64,000 bases of DNA from Octopus bimaculoides (lineage: Eukaryota): positions 78,216,045 through 78,280,044 of the forward strand of contig NC_068981.1 of NCBI RefSeq assembly GCF_001194135.2. The letters are read 5' to 3'. The notes beneath the pieces were generated by a model. The model was given only the letters and a program-made list of their open reading frames with translations, did no database searches and was not told the origin of the DNA. The translations under genes were made by a program, and so were the position numbers. Of this stretch, positions 12,510-25,136 are shown piece after piece. Position 1 is the first letter of the stretch. Each line of letters begins with the position of its first letter.

Positions 12510-13612
12510 CACGGTACATCTGATCTGGCAGTTTCTACAGCTGGATGCCCTTCCTAATGTCAACCACTCTGAGAGTGTAGTGGGTACTTTTACATACTTT
12601 TACTTGAATGTTTTGTTCACATGCCACCAGCAGAAGTGCCAGTAAGGCGATGCTGGTAATAATCACGCTCGAATGGTGCTTTTACGTGCCACCGGCATGG
12701 AAACCAATCAGCTGCTCTGGCAATGATCACGCTCGGATGTTGCTCTTACTGCTCCACTACCACGGATGCCAGACATCAAATTTGATTTCGATTTCACTTG
12801 CCTCAACAGGTCTTCGCTAGCGGAGTTCAGTGTCCAATGAAGGAAAGGTACGCATAAGTGGGCTGGTTACACCCTTGGCATAGGCCACAGGTTATGGTCT
12901 CACTTGGCTTGCCAGGTCTTCTCACGCACAGCATATTTCCAAAAGTCTCAGTCACTAGTTTTTGCTTCAGTGAGGCCTAATGTTTATCTTTGGCTTGGTA
13001 TTTCTCCTGCAGCTGTCTTACCAGAAATATAGCATCAGTGGTGCTTTTCCCTGGCACAAACCCAAACTGCATCTCATCTAAACTGACCCTCTCCCTAATT
13101 AGTTGGGCTATGACCATCTCTGTGACCTTCATTACCTGATCCAAAAATTGATACCTCTGTAATTATTTGTATCTAAAGTGTCACATTTACCTTTGTAGCA
13201 GTTGACTACGGTGCTGCTACACAAGTCATTGGGTATGACTCCTTCATGTATCACCTGGTTAACTATATGGGTGACTAGGCTATAGCCAACACTGCCAGAT
13301 ATTTTGAGCATATCTGCAGTGATTCCTGATGGGCCGGGGGCTTTCCCTGTCTTCATACTCTTAATTGCTTTATCTACCAAGGTACTGTCAATTCGGATAG
13401 CTGGTCCCTCTGTTGGGTCAACATTTGGCAGACTCTCTTTCTCCTATTCATTCTCTTTATTGAGCAACCTTTCATATTGGCGTCTCCAAACCTCTCTTTT
13501 TGCAGCCTCGTTTACCACAAGTGAACCATCATCCATGTGGACACATTTCTCTCCCACAACATCACGATTCTCTCTCACACACTGTTTTGCAACACGAAAT
13601 ACCTCAATCTAA
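12510..13612 (-). mobile_element. RTE-clade LINE fragment: ORF2 linker and RT start joined directly to the C-terminus and 3' UTR
   Basis: Minus-strand translation EVFRVAKQCVRENRDVVGEKCVHMDDG...KAIKSMKTGKAPGPSGITADMLK...CYKGKCDTLDTNNYRGI...MKVTEMVIAQLIRERVSLDEMQFGFVPGKSTTDAIFLVRQLQEKYQAKDK, then jumps to GLTEA...DFWKYAVREKTWQAK* and the repeat-containing 3' UTR; stops and frameshifts present. Confidence 0.9.
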
Positions 13613-13745
13613 TGTATTTACTGAAAAAACATTGATTGGTCCAGGCCAGGGCTACTGTAGAAGATACTTTGCCCAAGGTATTGTGCGGTAGGACTGAACT
13701 CAAAACCTTGTGGTTGTAAAGCAAACATCTAAACTACACAGGTAC
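13613..13745 (-). mobile_element. SINE H2 head, partial
   Basis: Plus strand CTACTGTAGAAGATACTTTGCCCAAGG...GGACTGAACTCAAAACC...CTAAACTACACAG is the reverse complement of the H2 head. Confidence 0.7.
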
Positions 13746-13759
13746 AACACACACACATG

Positions 13760-14135
13760 TCCAAGTTCTGGAAAGAAATGACATTTGCATGATCAACTGG
13801 ATGTGCAGTGTTCATGTTCCTGAACATTAAAGAACAAATAAGTTGAGAGAAAATTTAGGTACAAGGGGAATCAGTTGTAATGTACAAAAGAGAAACTTGA
13901 CCTGTTATTGAATTGCGATGCATATAGAGGATGACACTTGGGGCCAAGCCTGCCTAATGGAAGGAACCTGCAGAAGAGGAAGACCAAAGAGAGGAAAAAG
14001 TGGCGAAAGCTAATTTAAGGACCTGATCCTTATGAAGATGACAAAGAACCATTAGAAGTGGTGAGACTGTGTTGAAGTCTTTTCCATTGCATGCAATTAT
14101 GGCAAAACTAAGATGATGATAGTGAAGATGATGAT
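13760..14135 (+). mobile_element. RTE LINE 3' fragment (decayed ORF2 C-terminus plus (GAT)n tail)
   Basis: Translates LERNDICMINWMCSVHV...KLRENLGTRGISCNVQ...EGTCRRGRPK (RTE C-terminal GRP motif); ends GATGATGATAGTGAAGATGATGAT. Confidence 0.7.
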
Positions 14136-16454
14136 ATATGCATATTCAGTATTTCTTTGTATTTTATCAGTAGGAATTGTGTTCCATTTTGCATTAGTGA
14201 GCACAATGAAATTCTAAAATGATTCACACATACATGCATAAATTCATACCTCCATATATTCTTATATATACTTATGTGTTAAATCTTCTATATTCACTGT
14301 TTTCCATATAACCAGTTTTTCATTTATTTTTGTTGCTGTTTTTATCATTAATTGATATATTTTTTTCTTATTTCTTATTGCTCCCTTTTTACTTATTCCA
14401 TTGTTATATCTACAGGGTTTGTGAATTGAAGAAATAGATGAGTTTCAATGAAAAATCTTATTGAATTAGGTTTTCAGATGAATGTCTGTCACAAAACATT
14501 TTGATATTATATGATATACTGCAATTGATTCCAATGTAGCACTTTGCAATTGCTTGCTTGCAGATTTCCCAAACACATTCATCAACTTCTCTTGTATTCT
14601 AAACCACTGATTTATTATAGAATAGTTTAGTATTAGATATTACAGCAGTCTGTTATTGTGTTTTACATTTTGAAGTGCTGGTATTCATCTGGTTTCTTTG
14701 TGAGCTTCAACAAAAAGAAAAAAAATGGAAGAATGAAAGAAAGAAAAATTTTCATTAAATTTATTTGTTTAGTGTAAGGTAAAAACCATTGTAATTGCTC
14801 TGTGGTATTAGCAAAGACTGTGACAAACTTCATTAGATTTTTTTACTTAATTATTGCTGGCACTCTCCAGTTTCACATATTTTTGTGTTCAAATCCTACT
14901 ACAATTAATTTTATTTTTTTATCCTTCTGTATTTGATGAACTAAATAATAACTCTTTTTACGTGTTTTATACTGTGGTAGTATTTCCTGTAGTAATATTG
15001 CATTTAAAACTGAACCGATTACGATAACATTTTGGCAAATAGTCCTCAATACTTGTTGGTTCTGTCAGTTTGGAACTGTTTTGCTTCAACCATTGATGTC
15101 CAGTTACTATCTTTTACTCTTCTAAGGCTTCAATTCTTAAATTCAAAAATGAATTTAGATAAGATGTGCTGTGGTAAGTTTTCTGCCAATGGTGTCTGCA
15201 CTCTGTTGGTTATTTCCTATTGAAATATCTCCATTTATTGATAATAAATTTTTTAAAAAGTACAAATATGTATGGATTCTTTAAAATCTCAGATACTTGT
15301 TACACTGAAACTATGCTGTCCGTCTAATTTAAAAATCACAATGGATTGTATTCTGTGTTTCATGACATTCAATTTTTCAGTCCGTTTTCTGATATCAAAT
15401 GTCTTTTCTCAAACCATCCCTTCCTTCTCTTCATCATCATCATCATCCTCCATCAACTTTTCCACACATTCTTTGCATGAAGTGTCTTTTCCAGCACAGT
15501 ATCTCTCTCTTCCTGTTACGATCCTTTGCCAAATCCTTTGTGAGGCTCACCCTCCTATTTTAGCCCTTTACCACTTCTTAGCAAAACACCCTGGTTTCAC
15601 TGAGTTCTGTAGCAACCCAATGAGGGAATCTTTATGTGGTAGCTTGACCTACTAGATATAACAACCAACTCTCCTTTGGATCTCACCCTACCATATTAAA
15701 ACAAGGTAACAACACAAAAATATGAGAGGTTCATGGATCCAATGATTTGCATCATAAGTTTACTTGATCATGGTTGGTATGGGGTTGAACAGTATTTGCT
15801 TTGAGCTAGCTGGGAAGCTTCTGTCAGTGGCATAGCACTATATTGGACTGCACAGGACAACTTTTTTATATGCATGTGTTTGCTGGAGTTGGAGGTATAT
15901 TGCATTTAAGGAGGGAACAGGAGCAACCAAATTGTAAGCATGAAGTTTGGCTACTTGTGTGGTAGATAAATGCAAGATAAATGGCTTCTGCAGAGTTGTT
16001 GACCTACAAGAAATATCAGCAAAATCTCTCATGTATGCTCCCTGCCTCTATCTGTCTATCTATCTAATCTGTATGTGTGTGTGTGTGCGTATTATCATCA
16101 TTTCCATGCTGACATAGGTTGGATGGGCTGTCACAGTCTGTGTCAGTTCTCATTTTGGGATTTTTTCTTATGGTTAGACAGCCTGGTTAACAGCAACCTC
16201 TTTGCAGAATGTACTAAGTACATTTTACCATAACATTAATGCTAGTGAAGTTATCAAATCCTCCTTCTCTCTTTCCTTCCCCCCTCTCTCTTTCTTTCCT
16301 TCCCCCTCTCTCTCTCTCTCTTTCCCTCTCTCTCTCTATATATATGTGTGTGTAAGTATATCTGTGTATGTATTTATATAATTACACACACACACACACG
16401 CACGCACGCACATGCACACACACACACACACACACAAATGCTCAAGCATAAATA

Positions 16455-16615
16455 TTTTTTAACCATATAGGTGCCATATGGTTGTGAGTTGGAAGCTTGC
16501 ATTGTAACCATGCAGTCTGAGTTGGTCCCATGTGTGACATCTTGAACAACTCTTTTATAGTTTCGGGCCAATCAGTGCCTTGTAAGTAAAATTGATATAT
16601 GGAAATTGTATGGAA
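16455..16615 (+). mobile_element. SINE H2 head, degenerate
   Basis: AGGTGCCATATGGTTGTGAGTTGGAAGCTTGCATTGTAACCATGCAG...GGTCCCATGTGTGACATCTTGAACAA...CGGGCCAATCAGTGCCTTGTAAG. Confidence 0.6.
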
Positions 16616-17003
16616 GTGTAGTACTTATGAATATATATATTATATATATATAAACATGTATGAGTGGGTGGGTGGATCTCTTTCTTTGTTTATCTATGCA
16701 CTAACTTTGTTTATCTATGCACCAGCTGATTAAATGGTGTTTGTTTTTTGTCCCATAACCTTGTGTGTGGTGCAATGAAAATAGATTATTAAATTAAGTG
16801 CTAGCTTTGGAAAAAAAACAGTACTGAAACCAATAAGATAGACCGAAATCTTTATGTTGATGTAAAAGCATGTATATGATACATGTCTGAACGTTTGACT
16901 ATTCATTTTGATTTATTCATGTCACTAGTAATTTTTTTCATTCTTGTTAATGAAACATGTATAATATGGTGTAACTAAATATCTTATAACCAATCTTTTA
17001 TGT

Positions 17004-17044
<41 letters not shown>

Positions 17045-17045
17045 T

Positions 17046-17138
<93 letters not shown>

Positions 17139-18424
17139 TGTATATGCACACATATATATATATAATATGTGTACATGTACAGCATTGCAGCTTTAGATTT
17201 GTAAATGTTGAGACCTTGTATGATCAGCTTTGATATCCAGTGTACACAATTAAATGCAATTAATGCGTAGTAATTTATTTCTTAGTCATCAGATTTCTTT
17301 TATTTGCTGTTGTTGTTTTTTAACCTGAAGTTGGCTGTGATGGAGTCGAACATGATCAAAGGCTGTCGAACTGTGATCTTATGACTTTTTTCAAGTTTTC
17401 TTTTGAAACTTGTGTGTTCTAAACAACATTATCCAAATTGTAATTTTCGAAACAGTCAGGTGTGAATTCAGAAAAATTCAACTCTCTTATTTCTAGCTGT
17501 TCGGATAACCACATAGAGGCTCCACTCTTAAGTGCTGGTGTTTATCTTGCCATATGTGATGGTGTCATTAGTTTTGGCAGTGAGAGTTGTATATGGCAAA
17601 GATATGAGGTTATGTAATAAATGAGATAAAACACCAAGCCGAACAACTCCTCCATAATCTAGGCTAAAGGATTGCAGTTAACATAGTGAATCTACTCAGG
17701 GCGTTTTGCAGTAGTTTTGCAACCGCCAGTATTTCTGTCATCATTTGAAGAATGTCCAGGTCTCTGTAGACCTCTCTGTTCATCTTCCATTTGTCTAAAT
17801 GCAACTATAGATTACCATTGGCTTATCTGGTCGAGGGAACTCACACCATACAAGCTTTTGATGCATTCTTTGTACACTTGTGCAATCTCTCAACAACAGC
17901 AGTAGCATATCAGTTAGGATGATGTAAAATGCAGAAATACAAAAAAAAAATAGATAACTAAAATTGATTCTTTCTTACCCTCTCACTTACTTACCATCAT
18001 CACCACCGCCACCACCACCACCACCACTGCAACTACTAAATTTTTTTTTTCCCTAGCAGTTTTATCACATATTCTATATCCTGTGTGTATATGTTTATTG
18101 TTCTTCACATGACAGAATAAATAGATAAATAAATTCATCTTCTATTTATTGATTTATGAAAACCACAATAAATATTATGCAGCTGTCTCTCTCTACCAAG
18201 AAAGGTTTCCTCCTTTCAATCGTTCTGCTTGCACTGTAATCAAAATAGATATTTAAATATTACTTTTGTTAATCTTTTCCCTCTCTCACTTTATATATAT
18301 ATATTCATATATATATATATATATATATATATACATGCATCAGTAAATATGTATATGAATACATATATTTATGTTATGAGAGACATATATGTATGCATAT
18401 ATATATTCATATATATATATAACG

Positions 18425-18462
<38 letters not shown>

Positions 18463-18487
18463 GTATGAAAATATATTCATACACATA

Positions 18488-18534
<47 letters not shown>

Positions 18535-19608
18535 TCATTTAATGGGTCAGATGTAGGCAGATTTTTCTGTGGATGCCCTTCCTGCTGCTAACATTGACTT
18601 GTTTCCAAGCCAGACCTCCAGACGTATCTTTGGCAGAAGACTCACAACGAACAACATCATTTGTTTGTTTACTGTCATTACATGATGCCAGATCAAAGGT
18701 ACTCACATTACACATATACACACCCACACACATAGACATATGTGTAAGTGTGTGTGTGTGTATGTGTATGTGTATATAGGTACATAATATATGCTTGTTT
18801 GTATGTATTGTGTGTATATGTATGTGTGTGAATGTATGTATGTATGTGTGAATGCATGTGTATATATGCATGTCTATGTATGAATGTATGTGTGTGAATG
18901 TATGTATTTACGTATGTAGATGTATGCCTGTGTATATAAACATATGTATGAATATATATACACACACATACATACATGCGTTTTTCTTTGTTCCTTCGTT
19001 TGTTTTGCCTATGGTTAGAGTCTCTAGTATAAATGCATGCTATTAATATACAAACAATATTTCTTGTCTTGCAGTCTAATTGTCCATTTGTAACGTTCAC
19101 TTAAAGATTCTTTACCTCAACCCTCCCCTGAACTGTGCCCTCTCTCTCTATCTCTCTCTCTCTCACACACACACACTCCAACAGTTTCATAGTATTACGC
19201 ATTATTGTTATTTTTTTCCATCAGATATGACAAGTTGTTTAACTTCACCATCCCCCAAAACAATTATTTTTCTTTGATGTTTATTGTGTATTTGTTTGTT
19301 TAATTTTTGTCTTCATGTACTTGTTTTTGAATCTGTTTCTCTGATGATGTACTTTAGAACTCATCTTCTAGGAAGACACACATATGTCTATTTATGAGTT
19401 GGTGTCCCATCAAGCTCTCCTGCTGATGTCTTTCATTCTTTAAGTGAACAACTTTAGATTTCTTTCCATTTTATTTTATAACTTTCCTCTACTTACATGT
19501 GTATATACCTGAATATGCAAGTGTGTATATATGTATGTATGCATGTATGTATACATATATGCATGTATATATATAGATATATATATATGCGTGTATGTAC
19601 ACATATAT

Positions 19609-19668
<60 letters not shown>

Positions 19669-19699
19669 CTTAGCTGCTTTCTTGTATATAAGCAAAATC

Positions 19700-20187
19700 A
19701 TTGTTAGAAAGAATCACTGAAGCGACTCATTGCTGATGCAATGAGAGGCCCTTGTATGATTCTTGAGCCTGGCAAAAGAATTGCACATTCTCTTGCATAA
19801 TGCGCACATGTACTGGCTGTCAGAAGGAGCAGGTTCCACAGTATGAACCTTTTTGACATGCCTTTTCAACCCTCCTACTGAGAAGCACACCTTTCCACAG
19901 GTTGTACATGTTCTGTTGTGAACAATAACCAAATCACAATTTACCATGGGTCGATTCCTGGCGAGTTCTCTGATGGCTGACCAGGCCCACATGACTCAAG
20001 CACCTCCTCCCACAAATCACACACACAAAAAGCAATACTCCCTCATTTTCCACAGGTTCATTCCTTCTAAGCCTTCTCTTAATCTTTTCGTGCTTCATTT
20101 TTCTATCTTTCAAACCTCGAACAACCACTGATGCACTCTCTTCCTCCATCCATCTCGGTCTTGTACCACCTCTCTCACTCAACAAGT
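19700..20187 (-). mobile_element. RTE-like LINE ORF2 C-terminal fragment with three C2H2-type zinc fingers
   Basis: RPRWMEE...GLKDRKMKHEKIKRRLRR...CVICGRRCLSHVGLVSHQRT, a frameshift, then CTTCGKVCFSVGGLKRHVKKVH and CALCKRMCNSFARLKNHTRASH, stop at 19714. The first finger resembles the terminal CxxCGRxCxSxxGLxSHxRxH motif of RTE/BovB-type ORF2. Confidence 0.7.
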
Positions 20188-20214
20188 ATATATATGTAGT
20201 ACGGGTGTGTATAT

Positions 20215-20281
<67 letters not shown>

Positions 20282-20286
20282 TATAG

Positions 20287-20597
20287 CACTCTATCAGTTA
20301 CGGCAATGAGGGTTCCAGTTGATCTGATCAATGGAACAGCCTGCTCGTGAAATTAATGTGCAAGTGGCTGAGCTCCCCACAGACATGTGTACCCTTAATG
20401 TAGTTCTCGGGGAGATTCAGCATAACACAGAGTGTGACAAAGCGAGCTCTTTGAAATACAAGTATTGCTCATTTTTGCTAGCTGAGTGAACTGGACCAAC
20501 ATGAAATAAAGCCTCTTGCTCAAGGACACAATGCATTGCCAGGAATTGAACTCCTGACCTTGCGGTCATGATCCAAATACCCTAACCACTAAACCAT
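20287..20597 (-). mobile_element. tRNA-derived SINE (head H1) with a different tail
   Basis: Plus strand CTCATTTTTGCTAGCTGAGTGAACTGG...CTTGCTCAAGGACACAATGC...GGAATTGAACTC...CCCTAACCACTAA; the tail contains the hairpin GTTCCAGTTGATCTGATCAATGGAAC. Confidence 0.8.
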
Positions 20598-20802
20598 TAT
20601 CATCATCATCCTTTAATGTCCGTTTTCCACACTGCCATGGGTTGGATGGTTTGACCAGATCTCACAAGCAGGGGGAGCGGCATTAACATTTCTCCTGTGG
20701 AGGATGGTTCTTCTTGAGTATAGCAAGGCACCAAATGTGTGTGTATATATGTGTGTGTGTATGTATGTATGTGTGTGTATGTATGTGTGTGTATGTATAT
20801 AT

Positions 20803-21160
20803 ACTCTTTTACTTGTTTCAGTCATTTGACTGTGGCCATGCTGGAGCACCACCTTTAGTCGAGCAAATCGACCCCAGGACTTATTCTTTGGAAGCCTAGT
20901 ACGTATTCAATCGGTCTCTTTTGCTGAACCGCTTCGTTACGGGGACGTAAACACACCAGCATCGGTTGTCAAGCGATGTTGGGGGGACAAATACAGACAC
21001 ACAAACATATACACACACATACATATATATACATATATACGACGGGCTTCTTTCAGTTTCCGTCTACCAAATCCACTCACAAGGGTTTGGTCGGCCCGAG
21101 GCTATAGTAGAAGACACTTGCCCAAGATGCCACACAGTGGGACTGAACCCGGAACCATGT
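20803..21160 (-). mobile_element. Composite SINE: H2 head, (TA/CA)n linker, tail ending GCATGGCCACAGTCAAATGACTGAAACAAGTAAAAG
   Basis: Same architecture and near-identical sequence at 52995-53430 and 57780-58092. Confidence 0.85.
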
Positions 21161-21169
21161 ATATATATA

Positions 21170-21325
21170 NNNNNNNNNNNNNNNNNNNNNNNNNNNNNNN
21201 NNNNNNNNNNNNNNNNNNNNNNNNNNNNNNNNNNNNNNNNNNNNNNNNNNNNNNNNNNNNNNNNNNNNNNNNNNNNNNNNNNNNNNNNNNNNNNNNNNNN
21301 NNNNNNNNNNNNNNNNNNNNNNNNN
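21170..21325. other. Assembly gap (N run)
   Basis: Ns flanked by (TA)n. Confidence 0.99.
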
Positions 21326-21379
21326 ATATATATATGGTTGTATACATGAGTATATATATTTGTGTATATGTATATCATC

Positions 21380-21760
21380 AGCAGCATCATTTTAACATCT
21401 AGTTTTACAAACCTTCATGGGTCAACAGTAGTTTATTGTATCAAATTTTCTATAGCCAGATGCCTTTTATGCTGCCAGTGCTAACCTATATCCGGGCAAA
21501 GTAATATTTGCCACAGATAGACATGTTTTTGCAGAATATTGGAAATTAATATCATTCATTTACAACAACCACACAACATCAATGCAAGGAGATGCAAACG
21601 CACACACATATGAATGTTTGGCTTCTTTTAGTTCCCATCTACCAGTTCTGCTCACAATGTTTTGGTTGAGGATATAGAAGACAGTGGCTAAAGATAGGGC
21701 TGAACCCAAAACCATGCGGTTGCAAAGCAAATTTCTTAATCGTACAGTCATGCACAAACA
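21380..21760 (-). mobile_element. Composite SINE: H2 head plus RTE-type tail, degenerate
   Basis: Plus strand CATCATTTTAACATC...CCAGATGCC...CTAACCTATATCCGGGCAAAGTAATATTT, then GGGCTGAACCCAAAACCATGCGGTTGCAAAGCAAATTTCTTAATCGTACAGTCATGC. Confidence 0.6.
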
Positions 21761-21794
21761 CACATACACACACACACACACAATCACAAGCGCG

Positions 21795-21838
<44 letters not shown>

Positions 21839-21909
21839 GCATATTTGTATGTGTGTATTTATATGTTTGTTTATATGTTTGTATATGTTTATACATATTT
21901 ATATATATT

Positions 21910-21950
<41 letters not shown>

Positions 21951-21976
21951 ATGTTTATATATGTATCTGTATATAT

Positions 21977-22497
21977 NNNNNNNNNNNNNNNNNNNNNNNN
22001 NNNNNNNNNNNNNNNNNNNNNNNNNNNNNNNNNNNNNNNNNNNNNNNNNNNNNNNNNNNNNNNNNNNNNNNNNNNNNNNNNNNNNNNNNNNNNNNNNNNN
22101 NNNNNNNNNNNNNNNNNNNNNNNNNNNNNNNNNNNNNNNNNNNNNNNNNNNNNNNNNNNNNNNNNNNNNNNNNNNNNNNNNNNNNNNNNNNNNNNNNNNN
22201 NNNNNNNNNNNNNNNNNNNNNNNNNNNNNNNNNNNNNNNNNNNNNNNNNNNNNNNNNNNNNNNNNNNNNNNNNNNNNNNNNNNNNNNNNNNNNNNNNNNN
22301 NNNNNNNNNNNNNNNNNNNNNNNNNNNNNNNNNNNNNNNNNNNNNNNNNNNNNNNNNNNNNNNNNNNNNNNNNNNNNNNNNNNNNNNNNNNNNNNNNNNN
22401 NNNNNNNNNNNNNNNNNNNNNNNNNNNNNNNNNNNNNNNNNNNNNNNNNNNNNNNNNNNNNNNNNNNNNNNNNNNNNNNNNNNNNNNNNNNNNNNNN
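21977..22497. other. Assembly gap (N run)
   Basis: Ns flanked by TA/TG repeats. Confidence 0.99.
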
Positions 22498-23128
22498 TAT
22501 GTGTGAGTATCCAACTACTGAAAAATATAAAATTAAAATCGCTACAAAATTATTTGATTAGAAAAATGTTTTATCAGTCAAGCTTGAAAGTTTTGCAATT
22601 ACTGGCACAACCTAGCAACAGCAGTGAAAATCTCTCTATCTCCTAAAGATATATAGGAAATTTCATGCAAGCTGAAATTGCTGCATATCTTTCAGACGAA
22701 CAAGTCTATATTGTGCTTGTTTTACAGTTTAAGGGATAGATGGACGGGTGGGGATAAATAGGGTAAGCTTTATTTTTTTTTTTTTTTTAGAGAGGGTGTC
22801 CTTAGATTTTTTTTATGGCATGCTTTTTATTTTTTTTGTCTCCTATATTATTCCTAACAAGGATTTTATTGTGTGTGTTCATATGTGTGCTTATGTATGT
22901 TTGTTTGTGAATGTAATCATGTGTCAATGTGTAACCTCAGTAAGTGCATGGATTTATGTTTGTATGTATTCATGTGTTGTTGACATGATGCATGTTTGCT
23001 TGCATGTGTATATATTTACATGTTTGTGAGTGTGTGGATATGTGTGTATATGCATTTGTGCACATGTATGTGTATGCATGTGTGTATATATGTGTGTGTG
23101 TATGTATATATGTGTATGTATATTTATA

Positions 23129-23171
<43 letters not shown>

Positions 23172-23846
23172 ATAATATATATATATATATATATATATAT
23201 TATTATTATTATATGTATGTATACATGTATATATATGTATGTGTGTGTATTTATATTTCTGAGTGTGAGTATATAAATGTGTCTGGTTTTCTTTCTGCCT
23301 TTCTTTCTATTACATTAGTATAAACTTTCATCTTTTAGCAATGCTCTCTGTGTCCCTCTCTCTTTATCTCCCTAACTAGGCTTGTTTGTAACTCTTACTA
23401 TCGGATTCTTCTTTTCATAGCAGCTGTTTTTAATCTGTCTGAATATCCCTTTGGAATCGGATCTTTATAATTATTCCCCTTGAGCATATTTTTTTGTATC
23501 TTATTTCTTTTTTATGTTTTGTCTCGTTATTTTTTTTCCTCCTCTTCTCCCTTTAAAAAGTTTTGCTTCCTTAATATGAAAGTTATTTTAAGTGCTACTA
23601 AACTCTTCCTCCTGAAAGAAATACCATTTTGAACTTCTTTATGGAGTTTATTTTGTGGATGCGGTGGTGGGGATGCGGTGGGGGAACAAATGAAAGATAC
23701 TTTCAGCGTCCGCACTTCTCCTTATGTGATAATATACTCAGCTTTCAGTTCCAGGTATATCACTTGTTAATTGAAAACATCTTTCACGTTGTTTCCATTA
23801 AAAATTGCAGGTGATGATGATGATGACAACAACATCATCAATAATG

Positions 23847-23879
<33 letters not shown>

Positions 23880-25079
23880 TAATTTATGCACACAAGAAGG
23901 CAGTTTTTATTTTATTTTCATATCAGCCTCCCCCCTTAAGAGCCACTAAAGAGCCACCTCCATTTCTAACTTTTATGGTAAACATACTTCTCTATTAACC
24001 GTTAATAAATACAGCACAGAATAAAGCCATCCAAACAGTTAGGGTATTAGTTCTGTGTGCCAATATCCATAACAGGTTCAATATTATGCTAACCTTTCAA
24101 GATAATGGTTTAGTTTGCCTTTCTGATAACAATCCAAACAACTGTTTTGACCAACACTTAACCGAGTTGAAATTACTCTTTCCTTGTTTCTGTAATTCTC
24201 CCTGTCATTTTCAATTTGTCTGGCTTTTATATTGGGTTCAGATGAGCAGTAAAAATTAGGCTGTTTTGTGCCAGTTAGAACCATGTTTTTTTTTTATCTC
24301 ATTTGTTGTTATAGAAACAGTTCTTTTATCATCACTTTACTGGTTAAAGCAGGAACAACACCAACATTTTAGTTTTGAAGGACAGAGTTTAATTACATCA
24401 ATTCATCTAAGTTAACAGCATTTAAGCAGTTAAAAAAAAAATTCTCATCATACTCAATTTGTTTCTTTATTTTTGGTGTTGGAGCTGTTGGTGGTGGTCA
24501 CAGCAGTTGTAGCGGTGGTGCTGGTGCTGGTGGTAATAGGGGTAACAATGGTGTTATAATCCCCAGTTTTTCAATATTTTTCATTGTAGTCAAGAACAAT
24601 ATAAAAAATCAATGGGGATAAGGGATGAAAATTGCACATTGATACCTTTGATGATAGTCACCATTATCATATGCGAGAATTGACTATTGTTCTACTGTGT
24701 CAAAGCTGAATAAACTGCAAAGAATATTTAGAGTTAGGTGTTTCTTCTTGCCAATGTACACATGATAAGGACTTTGGATATGATGGGAGTGTATACTGAG
24801 AACTGCATAAAATTAATGTCTGATAATTTGTAGGAAATAGCACCAATTTTATTTATAGCTTACTGAAAGAGAAGTGATTAAAAATGCATGATGGATCTCT
24901 CTTTGACTACAAAGGTAAATTGGTAGCTTGATTAGTAGTGAAGTTAGTAGAATTAATGTTTAATTTCAGTTACTAATGTTTATATTTAGTTGCAAGATGT
25001 TAGACATTGAGAGAAAGGGAGATGAGAATGATGCTTCAATAGAGATATGAGTATGAGCAGATATATATATATATGTATG

Positions 25080-25136
<57 letters not shown>

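Noticed and set aside
13304-13691. + strand ORFs of 102 and 63 aa
   Set aside because: Antisense shadow of the minus-strand RTE ORF2.
15030-15660. Purine-rich minus-strand stretch (KDTSCKECVEKLMEDDDDDEEKEG...) and a 127-aa + ORF
   Set aside because: Multiple stops in every frame and no recognisable motif; probably an old element relic, but it cannot be assigned.
21639-22646. Long ORFs of 217-320 aa (also 51251-52322 and 10759-11125)
   Set aside because: Open only because of N runs and (TA)n/(TG)n repeats ([12 protein letters not shown]); not coding.
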